Shown here: one piece after another, positions 10,011-18,883 of the stretch
Numbering within the stretch: position 1 is the stretch's first letter
Layout: each line of letters begins with the position of its first letter
Source: Candidatus Saccharimonadota bacterium
GTDB lineage: Bacteria > Patescibacteriota > Saccharimonadia > Saccharimonadales > Saccharimonadaceae
DNA length: 32,000 nucleotides
Direction: 5' to 3'
NCBI GenBank assembly: GCA_000503915.1
Contig: CP006915.1
Span: forward strand, 510,001-542,000
Position numbers and translations under genes: made by a program
The notes under the pieces: model-generated
What the model was told of the DNA's origin: nothing
Seen by the model: only the letters and a program-made list of their open reading frames with translations
Database searches by the model: none

Positions 10011-11246
10011 ATGAAGATTGCACTGGCCGGTTTTGGACTTGAAGGCAAGGCGAGTTACGACTACTGGAATACGCCTGGCAACGAAGTAGTGATCGTTGAT
10101 GAGCGAGAACAACTTGAAGATCTACCTCCGGGCGCGAAGACGCTGCTTGGATCGGGAGTACTCTCTGGTCTAGCCGGCTTTGACTTGGTGATTCGTACTC
10201 CTGGCTTGAGGCCAGATAAGATTATCACAACCGGCAAAATCTGGTCGAGTACCAATGAGTTCTTCCTTAAATGTCCAGCGCCGATCATCGGTGTCACCGG
10301 GACGAAGGGGAAGGGTACGACCAGCTCGTTGATCACTAATATGCTGCGGGCTGCCGGTAGAACCGTGCACCTGGTCGGAAACATCGGCACGCCATCCCTT
10401 ACCGAACTGGGAAAGATCCAGTCCGACGATGTCGTGGTGTTTGAGCTCAGTAGCTTTCAACTCTGGGACCTTGAAAAAAGCCCGCATGTCGCCGTGGTAC
10501 TCGGCATTGAGCCCGACCATCAGGACGTACATACTAGCATGGAAGAGTACGTTGAAGCGAAGGGAAACATCGCTAGGTATCAGACCGAAGATGATATTAT
10601 CGTTTTTAACGATACAAACGATCTGTCAAAGAAGATTGCCGGTTACTCTAAGGCAAAACCTGAGCCGTATCCGTTTGCTATTGACGATCTAAAATCGGCA
10701 CTCCAGATTCCTGGCGAGCACAACGTTGAAAACGCCTCGGCAGCTGTCGCAGCCGTCAAGGAATATGTGACCGATCCCGCGCTGCTACGCGAAGGATTGA
10801 GTGCATTTACGGGATTACCGCACCGGCTGAAGTTTGTTCGTGAAGTCGGGAGGGTACAGTATTATGACGATAGTATTGCTACTACAGCGGGAAGTGCGCT
10901 GGCGGCAGTTCGTAGCTTTACGCAGCCGAAGCTGATACTTCTTGGTGGTCATGAAAAAGGCGGCGACTATACGGAGTTGATGAAAGAATGCGCCAAAGGA
11001 AACGTCCGCATTATTGCCTATGGTGCAAATCGCCATATGCTAAAGCAACTAAGCGAAGAATATGGCGTTTTGTGCGACGTTAATAATGGTGATATGAGTG
11101 CTGTTGTAGCAGCAGCGGCGGCACGAGCGCGCCCGGGCGATATTGTAATTCTCAGCCCGGCGGCTGCCAGTTTTGATATGTTTAAAAATTATGCTGATCG
11201 CGGCAACCAGTTTATTACTGCGGTCGGACGTTTAAAAGCCGAGTGA
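10011..11246 (+). CDS. murD: UDP-N-acetylmuramoylalanine--D-glutamate ligase
   Basis: It has the Mur ligase P-loop GVTGTKGKGTT, and its 411-aa architecture is typical of MurD. TACAAT (9998-10003) lies 7 nt before the ATG. Confidence 0.9.
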   Translation: MKIALAGFGLEGKASYDYWNTPGNEVVIVDEREQLEDLPPGAKTLLGSGVLSGLAGFDLVIRTPGLRPDKIITTGKIWSSTNEFFLKCPAPIIGVTGTKGKGTTSSLITNMLRAAGRTVHLVGNIGTPSLTELGKIQSDDVVVFELSSFQLWDLEKSPHVAVVLGIEPDHQDVHTSMEEYVEAKGNIARYQTEDDIIVFNDTNDLSKKIAGYSKAKPEPYPFAIDDLKSALQIPGEHNVENASAAVAAVKEYVTDPALLREGLSAFTGLPHRLKFVREVGRVQYYDDSIATTAGSALAAVRSFTQPKLILLGGHEKGGDYTELMKECAKGNVRIIAYGANRHMLKQLSEEYGVLCDVNNGDMSAVVAAAAARARPGDIVILSPAAASFDMFKNYADRGNQFITAVGRLKAE

Positions 11247-11856
11247 CCTGCTGAGCGACAGCCGTGGTAGGCTCGAGTATTTTTACGCCAGGAAATAGCT
11301 CGGCGAGACGAGGGATAAGTGCGATATAGTGCGTGCAGCCAATAATAATTACGTCGCTGCCCGCCTTCACACTCGTTGCAACTTCTGTTAGCTCGACTTC
11401 ATCGACGCTCTCTTTGTCAATGAGCGTCGCCCAGCCGAATGTTGCTGGTACGTCGACAATGAGGTTGGACGCATAGGTGGTGATTAGCTCCTCAGTGCGT
11501 TGGCTGTGGGCAGTAGCCTTGGTAGCGAGAAGGGTAATATGGTCAGACTTTGTCTCGAGTGCTGCAGGTTTTATCATTGGCTCGAAGCCGATGAACGACG
11601 TGTTTGGATGGCTGTTGCGTAGGTACTCGATAGCTGCCACGGTAGCGGTATTGCAAGCAATGATGATGAGATCGCAGGTGAGCAACGGTTGAATGGCAGT
11701 TTCAGTAAGTTGACGAATTTCCTCATATGAGCGCTCGCCGTACGGTGCGTGAGCGAGGTCGTTGACAACAGTGTATTCGTGCCCCGGGAACGAAGCCTTC
11801 AACTTTTCTGCAACTAATTCACCGCCGCGACCAGAATCAAAAATACCAATATGCAT
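11215..11856 (-). CDS. murI: Glutamate racemase (short, 213 aa)
   Basis: Motifs are IGIFDSGRGG, PYG, the catalytic ACNTAT and GCTHY. Its 3' end overlaps murD convergently by 32 nt. Confidence 0.85.
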   Translation of the reverse strand: MHIGIFDSGRGGELVAEKLKASFPGHEYTVVNDLAHAPYGERSYEEIRQLTETAIQPLLTCDLIIIACNTATVAAIEYLRNSHPNTSFIGFEPMIKPAALETKSDHITLLATKATAHSQRTEELITTYASNLIVDVPATFGWATLIDKESVDEVELTEVATSVKAGSDVIIIGCTHYIALIPRLAELFPGVKILEPTTAVAQQVTRLLNVRPQ

Positions 11857-11893
11857 TTAAAGTAAGTATAGCGTGGATGGTACAATAGGAGCA

Positions 11894-12973
11894 ATGCAAC
11901 CTCTAAAAAAACGTGTGGCGGAGTTAGCTAACAGTATTGCCGAAGCGATGGTGCGACTTGATGTTGCGTCCAAAAAACGTCAGCTGGCCGAACTCGACCA
12001 ACAGCTGGCAGTGCCAGAGGTCTGGAATAATCCCACTCGGGCTCAGGAGCTCAGCAAACAAGCGGCAAATGTACGCAACGTGATTGAACCGTGGGAGACC
12101 TTACAGGCCCAGGCAGCCGACATCATTGAACTTATGGAGCTTGGCGACGATAGTTTGCAGGGAGAGTTTGAAGCCCAGATCGGTGCTTTAGAGGAAGAGT
12201 TTGCCGCGCGTCGGAAAGAATTATTATTTGATGGGCAATATGACGACCACGACGCAATTGTTCGTATTTCGGCTGGTGCTGGTGGTACCGATGCCCAGGA
12301 CTGGGCACAGATGCTTGAACGTATGTATCTACGCTGGGCAGAAAAAAGCCAGATTGAGGCAAGGAATGTCGAACGCTCAACCGGAGAAGAAGCCGGTATC
12401 AAGACGAGTGTCCTTGAAATGAGCGGGCCATATGCCTATGGCAAGCTTCGTAGTGAGCACGGCGTCCATCGCCTGGTACGCCTCAGTCCATTTAACGCCG
12501 ACAATCTCCGTCAAACAAGCTTTGCACTCGTGGAAGTCTTGCCGAAAATTGATGCCCCCGATGAGGTCGAAATTGATGATGGCGACCTAAAGATCGATGT
12601 CTATCGCGCGGGCGGCCACGGTGGGCAGAGCGTCAACACGACGGACTCAGCGGTTCGCATCACGCACTTACCAACAAATACCGTCGTGGCCATCCAAAAT
12701 GAGCGCTCGCAGCTGCAAAACAAAGAAACCGCTCTGAAGATTTTACGCTCAAAGTTAGCCCAACTGCAGCTAGAACAACATGCCAGTAGCCTGAAAGATT
12801 TAAAGGCTGGTGAGTCCGCTAACTGGGGTTCGCAAATCCGCAATTATGTGCTCCATCCATACACCCTCGTCAAGGATACGCGTACAAAATATGAAGACAA
12901 AGACGCCGGGAAGGTGCTCGACGGTAAACTGGATGGGTTCATGCAAAGCTATCTAGAAGCCCCGGTTGAATAA
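11894..12973 (+). CDS. prfB: Peptide chain release factor 2, encoded without a programmed frameshift
   Basis: It has the SPF tripeptide (RLSPFNA) and the GGQ motif (GGHGGQSVN), and the ORF is continuous. I prefer the ATG at 11894 (TGgTACAAT-aggagca-ATG) over the in-frame GTG at 11873 listed in the track. Confidence 0.92.
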   Translation: MQPLKKRVAELANSIAEAMVRLDVASKKRQLAELDQQLAVPEVWNNPTRAQELSKQAANVRNVIEPWETLQAQAADIIELMELGDDSLQGEFEAQIGALEEEFAARRKELLFDGQYDDHDAIVRISAGAGGTDAQDWAQMLERMYLRWAEKSQIEARNVERSTGEEAGIKTSVLEMSGPYAYGKLRSEHGVHRLVRLSPFNADNLRQTSFALVEVLPKIDAPDEVEIDDGDLKIDVYRAGGHGGQSVNTTDSAVRITHLPTNTVVAIQNERSQLQNKETALKILRSKLAQLQLEQHASSLKDLKAGESANWGSQIRNYVLHPYTLVKDTRTKYEDKDAGKVLDGKLDGFMQSYLEAPVE

Positions 12974-13025
12974 GCCGCTTACAGTTGTAGCCTTATAGCA
13001 TAAGCATGCTATAATAACCACAGCA

Positions 13026-13721
13026 ATGATTCTATTAGATAGGGTAACAAAAACGTACGGCAAGAGCACCAAACCTGCACTCAGCCGCATCAGCTTGCAT
13101 GTTGAGCCGCGCGAGTTTGTGATACTCGTGGGAACCAGTGGGGCGGGTAAATCCACGCTGCTAAAGCTATTGACGCGCGAAGAGAAGCCGACCAGCGGCA
13201 AGATCGTTGTTGGCGGTATTGATTACGATACGCTCAAAGATCGCCACATTCCATTACTGCGCCGCAAGATCGGCGTGGTGTTTCAAGATTTCAAGCTGTT
13301 GCCACAGCGCACTGTATTTGAGAATATCGCGTTTGCACTCGAGATTGCTGGCATGACCAATCGCGAGATTAAGACGACTGTGCCAAAAGTCATCGAGCTG
13401 GTTGGGCTGAGTGGCAAGGAAAAAAGCTTTCCACACCAACTGAGCGGCGGTGAACGCCAGCGCGTGGCTATCGCCCGTGCCGTTGTGCGCCAGCCGAAAA
13501 TTTTGATCGCCGATGAGCCGACTGGCAACCTCGACCCACGTCACAGCTGGGATATCGTGCGTCTGCTTGAGAAGATCAACCGTTATGGTACGACCGTACT
13601 ACTGACGACACATAATGTCGATATCGTGAACCGTTTACAACGCCGCGTTGTAACGCTTGACCATGGAAAAATAACCGGTGACCAAGCGCAGGGGAGCTAT
13701 CGCCAAGGCGGAGTCGTATGA
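13026..13721 (+). CDS. ftsE: Cell division ABC transporter ATPase FtsE
   Basis: It has Walker [10 protein letters not shown], the signature LSGGERQR and Walker [13 protein letters not shown]. Its stop overlaps the ftsX start as ATGA. Confidence 0.93.
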   Translation: MILLDRVTKTYGKSTKPALSRISLHVEPREFVILVGTSGAGKSTLLKLLTREEKPTSGKIVVGGIDYDTLKDRHIPLLRRKIGVVFQDFKLLPQRTVFENIAFALEIAGMTNREIKTTVPKVIELVGLSGKEKSFPHQLSGGERQRVAIARAVVRQPKILIADEPTGNLDPRHSWDIVRLLEKINRYGTTVLLTTHNVDIVNRLQRRVVTLDHGKITGDQAQGSYRQGGVV

Positions 13722-14701
13722 GTGCAAAGCGAAAACTAGACGCAAAGCAATTTGCCTTGCAAAAAAAGAAGCACCGCCAGTGGCTGACATTTGTGCGCAT
13801 GTGCCGCTACGGGGTCAACAATTTTTCTCGAAATACGTGGCTAACAGTAGCCGCTACGGCAGTAATGACGATTACACTGCTTTCTATCTTTATGACGATG
13901 GTAGCACGTGATGTGCTGGTAAATACTGTTGACGAAGTGCAAAAACGCGTTGATCTGTCGATCTATGTTAAAACTGATGTATCCGATGAAGCAGTGGCGA
14001 CTATCAAGCAAAATCTCTCAAAGCTTTCGTCGGTCGAAAAGGTGACTTATGTTAGTCCCGAAGCAGCGCGTAAAGATTTTGCCGAAAAGAACAAAAAAGA
14101 CGTCAATTCACTCAATGCATTAAACGAAGCCACCAACAAGCTTCCCGGCACGTTCAAGGTGTTGGTGAAAGACATTAACGACACCTCGCAACTTGAAACC
14201 TTTACGAAAAACGACAAGACCTACCTCGAAAATCAAGATCCGAATCGTGAGCCATCATTTAAGGGCGGTGGGCGCCAGACAATTCAGACGATTGGCAGTT
14301 GGGTCAGTTTTGCCGAGCAGGTCGGTTACATACTGAGTGCGATCTTTGTGGCGCTTTCCTCGTTGATCATCTTCAATACTATTCGTATGGCTATCTTCAA
14401 TCGTAAGGAAGAGATTCAGATGATGAAATTGATTGGTGCTGACCGTCAGTTTATCCGGGGGCCATTCGTTGTCGAGGCCATTGTCTACGGCTTTATCGCG
14501 GCGGTCGTCGCTACAGTGCTTGGCGTCGTGGTGCTAGTCGGCTCACAAAAGAGCCTAAACGACTTTGGTGTCTCAATCGATCCGACAATTGACAGCGTGG
14601 TTGCCTATATAGGATTTGTTCTACTCGGTATGATACTACTTGGCGGCGTCATCGGTACGATCTCATCACTCCTCGCAACACGCAAATATCTGAAAATTTG
14701 A
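13718..14701 (+). CDS. ftsX: Cell division permease-like protein FtsX
   Basis: 327 aa with an N-terminal basic region, a first TM, a large extracytoplasmic loop and three C-terminal TMs. It sits directly downstream of ftsE. Confidence 0.9.
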   Translation: MSAKRKLDAKQFALQKKKHRQWLTFVRMCRYGVNNFSRNTWLTVAATAVMTITLLSIFMTMVARDVLVNTVDEVQKRVDLSIYVKTDVSDEAVATIKQNLSKLSSVEKVTYVSPEAARKDFAEKNKKDVNSLNALNEATNKLPGTFKVLVKDINDTSQLETFTKNDKTYLENQDPNREPSFKGGGRQTIQTIGSWVSFAEQVGYILSAIFVALSSLIIFNTIRMAIFNRKEEIQMMKLIGADRQFIRGPFVVEAIVYGFIAAVVATVLGVVVLVGSQKSLNDFGVSIDPTIDSVVAYIGFVLLGMILLGGVIGTISSLLATRKYLKI

Positions 14702-14745
14702 CGGATCTCTTGACTGGTGGTACGGCGCGTGCTACCATAAGCGTA

Positions 14746-15939
14746 ATGAAGCGCCTGTCCACCACACCGGTTTCATCATCATTCGCTAAGCGTGCTGTAA
14801 TCATGGCAGCGACGGTTCTGTTGATAGTGGCCAGTGCAATCCAGTTTATGCCGACGGCAAGAGCCGACAGGTATGATGAGCAGATTGCCGCCTTGCAGCG
14901 TGAAATCGATCAATACGAAGCTCAGGCTCGGAAATTCCAAAACCAGGCAAACAACATCCAACAGAAACTCCAGGGGCTAACCCTTCAGAAACGGCATATT
15001 CAAAGCCAGATCGATATTAGTGAGGCTAAGTACAACAAGCTACAGCAGCAGATCAAAGAAACCGAACAAAAGATTGCCGACAATCGTGAAGCTCTTGGCG
15101 AGACGATCGCCGACCTCTATATCGAAGGTAAAACTTCGCCACTCGAAATGCTCGCAAGTAGCAGTACAATCGGCGACTATATTGACAAGCAGGAGTACCA
15201 GTCGTCAATTCGTGATCAGCTAACCTCTACGATCAAAGAGATCAAATCACTAAAGGAAAAGCTGGAAATCCAAAAGAAGGACGTTGAGCGTGTGCTGGCC
15301 GACCAAAAGAATTCGCGTAAAGCGCTGGCTGCCAAAGAGGCCGAGCAACAAAGCATTCTGGCGGCGACAAAGGGTCAGCAATCGGCGTATGAGCAATTGT
15401 CGGCAAAACAGAAGGCGGAACAATCACAGATTCGCGAGGCTCAGCAAGCAGCCATCGCTGCACGTATTGCTTCGACTGGTGGCGCTACCGTTATTGCAAG
15501 CGGAGCTGACGGTGCCTACCCATGGAACGATAGCAATTGCCGTATGGTAGGCTACTTCTCAACCGGCGGCGCCGATGGTAACGGTGGTGATGGCTATGGC
15601 TATGGTTGTCGCCAGTGTGCGAGCTATGGTGCATGGCGCGTCGCCAAGGAGACGGGCTACTATCCGGTTAACTGGGGTAACGCTACTAACTTTCCTGCGA
15701 GTGCCCGTTCTGCCGGCTATAAAACTGGCTATACGCCTCGTGCCGGATCACTGGCTGTTATGCATGCCTTTAGTGCCGGTGTCCCAGAAGGTCATACTGG
15801 CTGGGTAGAAGCAGTTGTTGATGGCGGAGCAAGTATCATTGTCAGCCAGTACAATTACAATTACGGTGCCGGCTACGGCATGTACAGCAAGATGAAGATG
15901 TCGGCCAGCGCTTTTGACGAATACGTCTACATCAAGTAA
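14746..15939 (+). CDS. Coiled-coil / CHAP-domain peptidoglycan hydrolase (PcsB/CwlO-like)
   Basis: It has an N-terminal membrane anchor, a ~200-aa Gln/Lys/Glu-rich coiled coil and a C-terminal CHAP domain (GCRQCASYGAWRV ... EGHTGWVEAV). The start is ambiguous: ATG at 14746, or an in-frame TTG at 14698 that overlaps the ftsX stop. Confidence 0.8.
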   Translation: MKRLSTTPVSSSFAKRAVIMAATVLLIVASAIQFMPTARADRYDEQIAALQREIDQYEAQARKFQNQANNIQQKLQGLTLQKRHIQSQIDISEAKYNKLQQQIKETEQKIADNREALGETIADLYIEGKTSPLEMLASSSTIGDYIDKQEYQSSIRDQLTSTIKEIKSLKEKLEIQKKDVERVLADQKNSRKALAAKEAEQQSILAATKGQQSAYEQLSAKQKAEQSQIREAQQAAIAARIASTGGATVIASGADGAYPWNDSNCRMVGYFSTGGADGNGGDGYGYGCRQCASYGAWRVAKETGYYPVNWGNATNFPASARSAGYKTGYTPRAGSLAVMHAFSAGVPEGHTGWVEAVVDGGASIIVSQYNYNYGAGYGMYSKMKMSASAFDEYVYIK

Positions 15940-16006
15940 GCCCACCACACTAACTACAACAGTTTTTATGGCGCGTTACATACTGATTACGCTATACTAA
16001 TACATA

Positions 16007-17191
16007 ATGAAACAAAAGGTAGAATTGTCTCGCAATATCTTGCTGCTAGCGGGATTGGTGGTTTTGGCGGTTGGCTTTGTGGCCGGTACACGCAGTGAAC
16101 AAATCTATGGTGCAGTTGGACCGCTCCTCGGTTTCCGTGTTGATACCAGTAAGCTGGATCTTTCATCGGTTCAGCATACCTATCAGGCGCTAAAAACGCA
16201 CTACAACGGTTCACTCAATACAGACAAGCTCATTGCCGGTGCCAATAAGGGACTCGTCGAGGCTATCGGTGATCCGTATACCGTTTATATGGACAGCAAA
16301 GAAGCTGCTCAGTTCAATGATGAGCTGTCCGGTGACATCGGTGGTGGGATCGGTGCAGAAATTGGCCTGAGAGGCAAGCAGCCGACCATTATCCGTACGC
16401 TACCTGACAACCCAGCGGTAAAGGCTGGCCTAAGGGCTGGTGATGTCATTACGGCTGTCAATGATGAGCCGATGGTGGGCCAGAGTGTGGAAAAGACCGT
16501 CAAGGCAATTAAAGGCGAGGCGGGTACGACGGTAAAGATAGCGGTCATAAGAGCCGGCGAGAATCGAACATTTACGATGACACGCCAGATTATCAATAAT
16601 CCAAGCGTGACGAGCGAGGTGAAAGACGGTGTCGGTATTATGACAATCAGCCGTTTTGATGAAGGTACTGTCAGTCTGGCTCGCAAAGCCGCCAGCGCCT
16701 TTAAGGCGCAAAACGTCAAAGGCGTTGTCGTCGATCTACGCGGCAATGGCGGCGGCTACTTAGACGCAGCGCCTGGTGTCGCCGGTCTATGGCTGAAAAA
16801 TGACAAAACCGTCGTCAGTGTCCGCGGTAATGGTGGCAACGAAACCTACAAAGCCGAGGGTGAGCCGGTATTAGCCGGAGTGAAATCGATCGTCTTGGTT
16901 GATGGTAATACCGCGAGCGCCGCTGAGATTGTCGCTGGCGCACTTCAGCAGCAGGGGGTCGCCACACTATTAGGCCAAAAAACTTTTGGTAAAGGGACGG
17001 TTCAAGAGATTATCCCACTCGGCGACGGTAGTCAGCTAAAAGTTACGATTAAACGCTGGTATCTACCGAAGGGGCAGAATATTACTGGAGACGGCATTCA
17101 GCCGGACATAAAGGTTGAGTTGACTCAGCAGGATCTTGATAGGGGACACGATAGGCAGATTGAACGGGCAAAGCAGTTGCTCGTACGGTAA
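16007..17191 (+). CDS. S41 family C-terminal processing peptidase with PDZ domain
   Basis: It has a PDZ segment (AGLRAGDVITAVND) and S41 catalytic motifs (DGNTASAAEIVAGAL; TFGKGTVQ). TATACT (15993-15998) lies 8 nt before the ATG. Confidence 0.88.
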   Translation: MKQKVELSRNILLLAGLVVLAVGFVAGTRSEQIYGAVGPLLGFRVDTSKLDLSSVQHTYQALKTHYNGSLNTDKLIAGANKGLVEAIGDPYTVYMDSKEAAQFNDELSGDIGGGIGAEIGLRGKQPTIIRTLPDNPAVKAGLRAGDVITAVNDEPMVGQSVEKTVKAIKGEAGTTVKIAVIRAGENRTFTMTRQIINNPSVTSEVKDGVGIMTISRFDEGTVSLARKAASAFKAQNVKGVVVDLRGNGGGYLDAAPGVAGLWLKNDKTVVSVRGNGGNETYKAEGEPVLAGVKSIVLVDGNTASAAEIVAGALQQQGVATLLGQKTFGKGTVQEIIPLGDGSQLKVTIKRWYLPKGQNITGDGIQPDIKVELTQQDLDRGHDRQIERAKQLLVR

Positions 17192-17233
17192 AACAGTTGT
17201 GCTTTTTATAGGTTCGCGCTAGGATAGAAGTAT

Positions 17234-17653
17234 ATGGATAACAAAAAGAAAATCTTACTGGTCGAAGACGACACGGCGCTGATTGGCGTCTACCAATCAC
17301 GGCTTGAGCTTGAAGGCTTTGATGTCAAGGCGGTCAATAATGGCGAGGATGCACTAAGTGCAGCGATCTCGTATAAGCCTGACCTTGTTTTGCTCGACGC
17401 TATGATGCCGAAGATCAGTGGTTTTGATGTGCTCGATATCCTCCGCAATACACAGGAGACAAAAGATATTCGCGTCATTATGCTTACCGCCTTGAGTCAG
17501 CCAAAAGACAAGGAACGTGCCGAAAACCTCGGGGTTGACGACTATCTCGTGAAATCTCAAGTTGTTATCGGTGACGTGGTAGAACGAGTGCGATATCATC
17601 TTGGCATGGACGTAGCACCGGCTGCTGCCGATAGTGCCGCCATAAACCAGTAG
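17234..17653 (+). CDS. Stand-alone response regulator receiver protein (139 aa, no output domain)
   Basis: It has the acidic pocket VEDD, the phospho-acceptor LLDAMMP, T in MLTA and K in LVKS. No DNA-binding domain is present. Confidence 0.85.
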   Translation: MDNKKKILLVEDDTALIGVYQSRLELEGFDVKAVNNGEDALSAAISYKPDLVLLDAMMPKISGFDVLDILRNTQETKDIRVIMLTALSQPKDKERAENLGVDDYLVKSQVVIGDVVERVRYHLGMDVAPAAADSAAINQ

Positions 17654-17683
17654 AAGAAAGTACATAACCTAAGCGTAAGCTTA

Positions 17684-17712
17684 TTGACAAGTGTGTAATA
17701 ATTTGCTATTAT
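17684..17712 (+). promoter_or_regulatory. Consensus sigma-70-type promoter TTGACA-N17-TATTAT with a TGn extension
   Basis: TTGACA is at 17684-17689, the spacer is 17 nt and TGcTATTAT is at 17704-17712. It lies 37 nt upstream of the ATG at 17749. Confidence 0.65.
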
Positions 17713-17748
17713 ATGATTATACTAATCTTAAATAGGATAAGATAAATC

Positions 17749-18480
17749 ATGACCGAACAAGGACCTCCAGAACGTATATATACTGATGCTGAAACTGATG
17801 AGCCTATTGTTCATCCTGCGGGTACGTTCGAGACTCATCCTACGGAACCAGGTAGGATCGGTTATACGCATGAGGGAGCCTCTGTGACAGCACTAGAACA
17901 TGAGGTAAAGGTAAAAGGCATTGGTGATACCGATCAGACAGGCGCGCCAGCTGTTCTTGGAGGCTCAGAGCAGGATTTAAGCCAGGAAGCATCCTCGGTA
18001 GAGGCAGAACTCGTCGACTTATCCGGCGATGTATTTTATAAGCGTTCCAATGGTGACATCGTTAAAGCGAAGGCTATGAAGGCGCCAGAATATAGCGACA
18101 AAGCATATATTGTAGTTTATACGATACAGGGGCAAACACTAAGCAGGCCTTTTGAAAAAGGAGAACTCGAAGCAATGCAGGTAGAAATTGCGAAGAGATT
18201 GGCGGACGGTGACACGGTTATTAGTGTAAAAACAGATAAGGAAGAGTCTGATCAATCAGATAGCGATAATCTTATCACTCATGTACCAGGAATGCCGCCA
18301 TACGAGGGTCATTTGCCAAGCCGGGAGGTTGTAACAATCCCAATCGAGGATTATAAGGGCGATCTAACACGCATAAAAGGTCATCCATCCAATCCAGCCT
18401 CACAAATGATGCAGGCATACTCAGACCATTTACGTACAGGTTCCGACGCAACAGCAAATGAGGAAGACTCTCAGAAGTAA
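17749..18480 (+). CDS. Hypothetical acidic protein (243 aa), probably largely disordered
   Basis: This is the only long ORF between a consensus promoter and a perfect hairpin. It is Asp/Glu/Ser/Thr/Pro-rich, with no signal peptide or TM segment and no family I recognised. Confidence 0.6.
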   Translation: MTEQGPPERIYTDAETDEPIVHPAGTFETHPTEPGRIGYTHEGASVTALEHEVKVKGIGDTDQTGAPAVLGGSEQDLSQEASSVEAELVDLSGDVFYKRSNGDIVKAKAMKAPEYSDKAYIVVYTIQGQTLSRPFEKGELEAMQVEIAKRLADGDTVISVKTDKEESDQSDSDNLITHVPGMPPYEGHLPSREVVTIPIEDYKGDLTRIKGHPSNPASQMMQAYSDHLRTGSDATANEEDSQK

Positions 18481-18490
18481 AAGTTCTGCC

Positions 18491-18528
18491 GCATTAAAAA
18501 TAGCCCGAACCAAGGCTATTTTTAATGC
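18491..18528. terminator. Bidirectional terminator hairpin between convergent genes
   Basis: A perfect 15-bp stem pairs GCATTAAAAATAGCC (18491-18505) with GGCTATTTTTAATGC (18514-18528) around an 8-nt loop. The A/T runs inside the stem can supply U-tracts in both directions. Confidence 0.7.
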
Positions 18529-18538
18529 ATGAAGTCCC

Positions 18539-18811
18539 TTATTGTACGGATACTTGCGTGCGTGGGGCAGTCTTGCCGGTAAACCGGCGAGTTTTTACCT
18601 TAGTAAATTCTACGATACCGTCTTTGGCAGCATGAATCGTGTAGTTACGGCTCATAAATGTGCCTGGGCCGGCAACCTTCGTGCTGCCAGTTTGACGCAC
18701 GAGGACTTCACCAGTGGAGACTTTTTGGCCACCAAAACGCTTTACGCCAAGACGCGCACCAGCATTGTTGTGGACGTTCTTGCTTGAACCGCCAGCTTTG
18801 ACGTGTGACAT
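18539..18811 (-). CDS. rpmA: 50S ribosomal protein L27
   Basis: The sequence MSHVKAGGSSKN...RLGVKRFGGQ...VRQ.G matches the conserved L27 N-terminus. The SD AAGGAG lies upstream. There is no Prp-type N-terminal extension. Confidence 0.92.
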   Translation of the reverse strand: MSHVKAGGSSKNVHNNAGARLGVKRFGGQKVSTGEVLVRQTGSTKVAGPGTFMSRNYTIHAAKDGIVEFTKVKTRRFTGKTAPRTQVSVQ

Positions 18812-18850
18812 AGCCTTACTCCTTACAGTTAGTATTTAACAATCTGTTCG

Positions 18851-18879
18851 ATTATAGCGAAAAATCTGTTCTTGGTCAA
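18851..18879 (-). promoter_or_regulatory. rpmA promoter TTGACC-N17-TATAAT
   Basis: On the minus strand the -35 is plus 18874-18879 and the -10 is plus 18851-18856, with a 17-nt spacer. It is flanked by the 9-nt direct repeat GAACAGATT (plus-strand AATCTGTTC at 18841-18849 and 18863-18871). Confidence 0.65.
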
Positions 18880-18883
18880 GGGG

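Noticed and set aside
11873-12973. A programmed +1 frameshift in prfB.
   Set aside because: RF2 is encoded as one uninterrupted ORF containing both the SPF and GGQ motifs. No in-frame TGA with an upstream SD-like frameshift site is present.
16309-16746. A 145-aa minus-strand ORF inside the S41 protease gene. Similar antisense ORFs occur in prfB (12043-12402) and serS (4091-4456).
   Set aside because: All are antisense to genes with clear catalytic motifs. Their Ser/Pro/Arg-rich composition is typical of non-coding frames.
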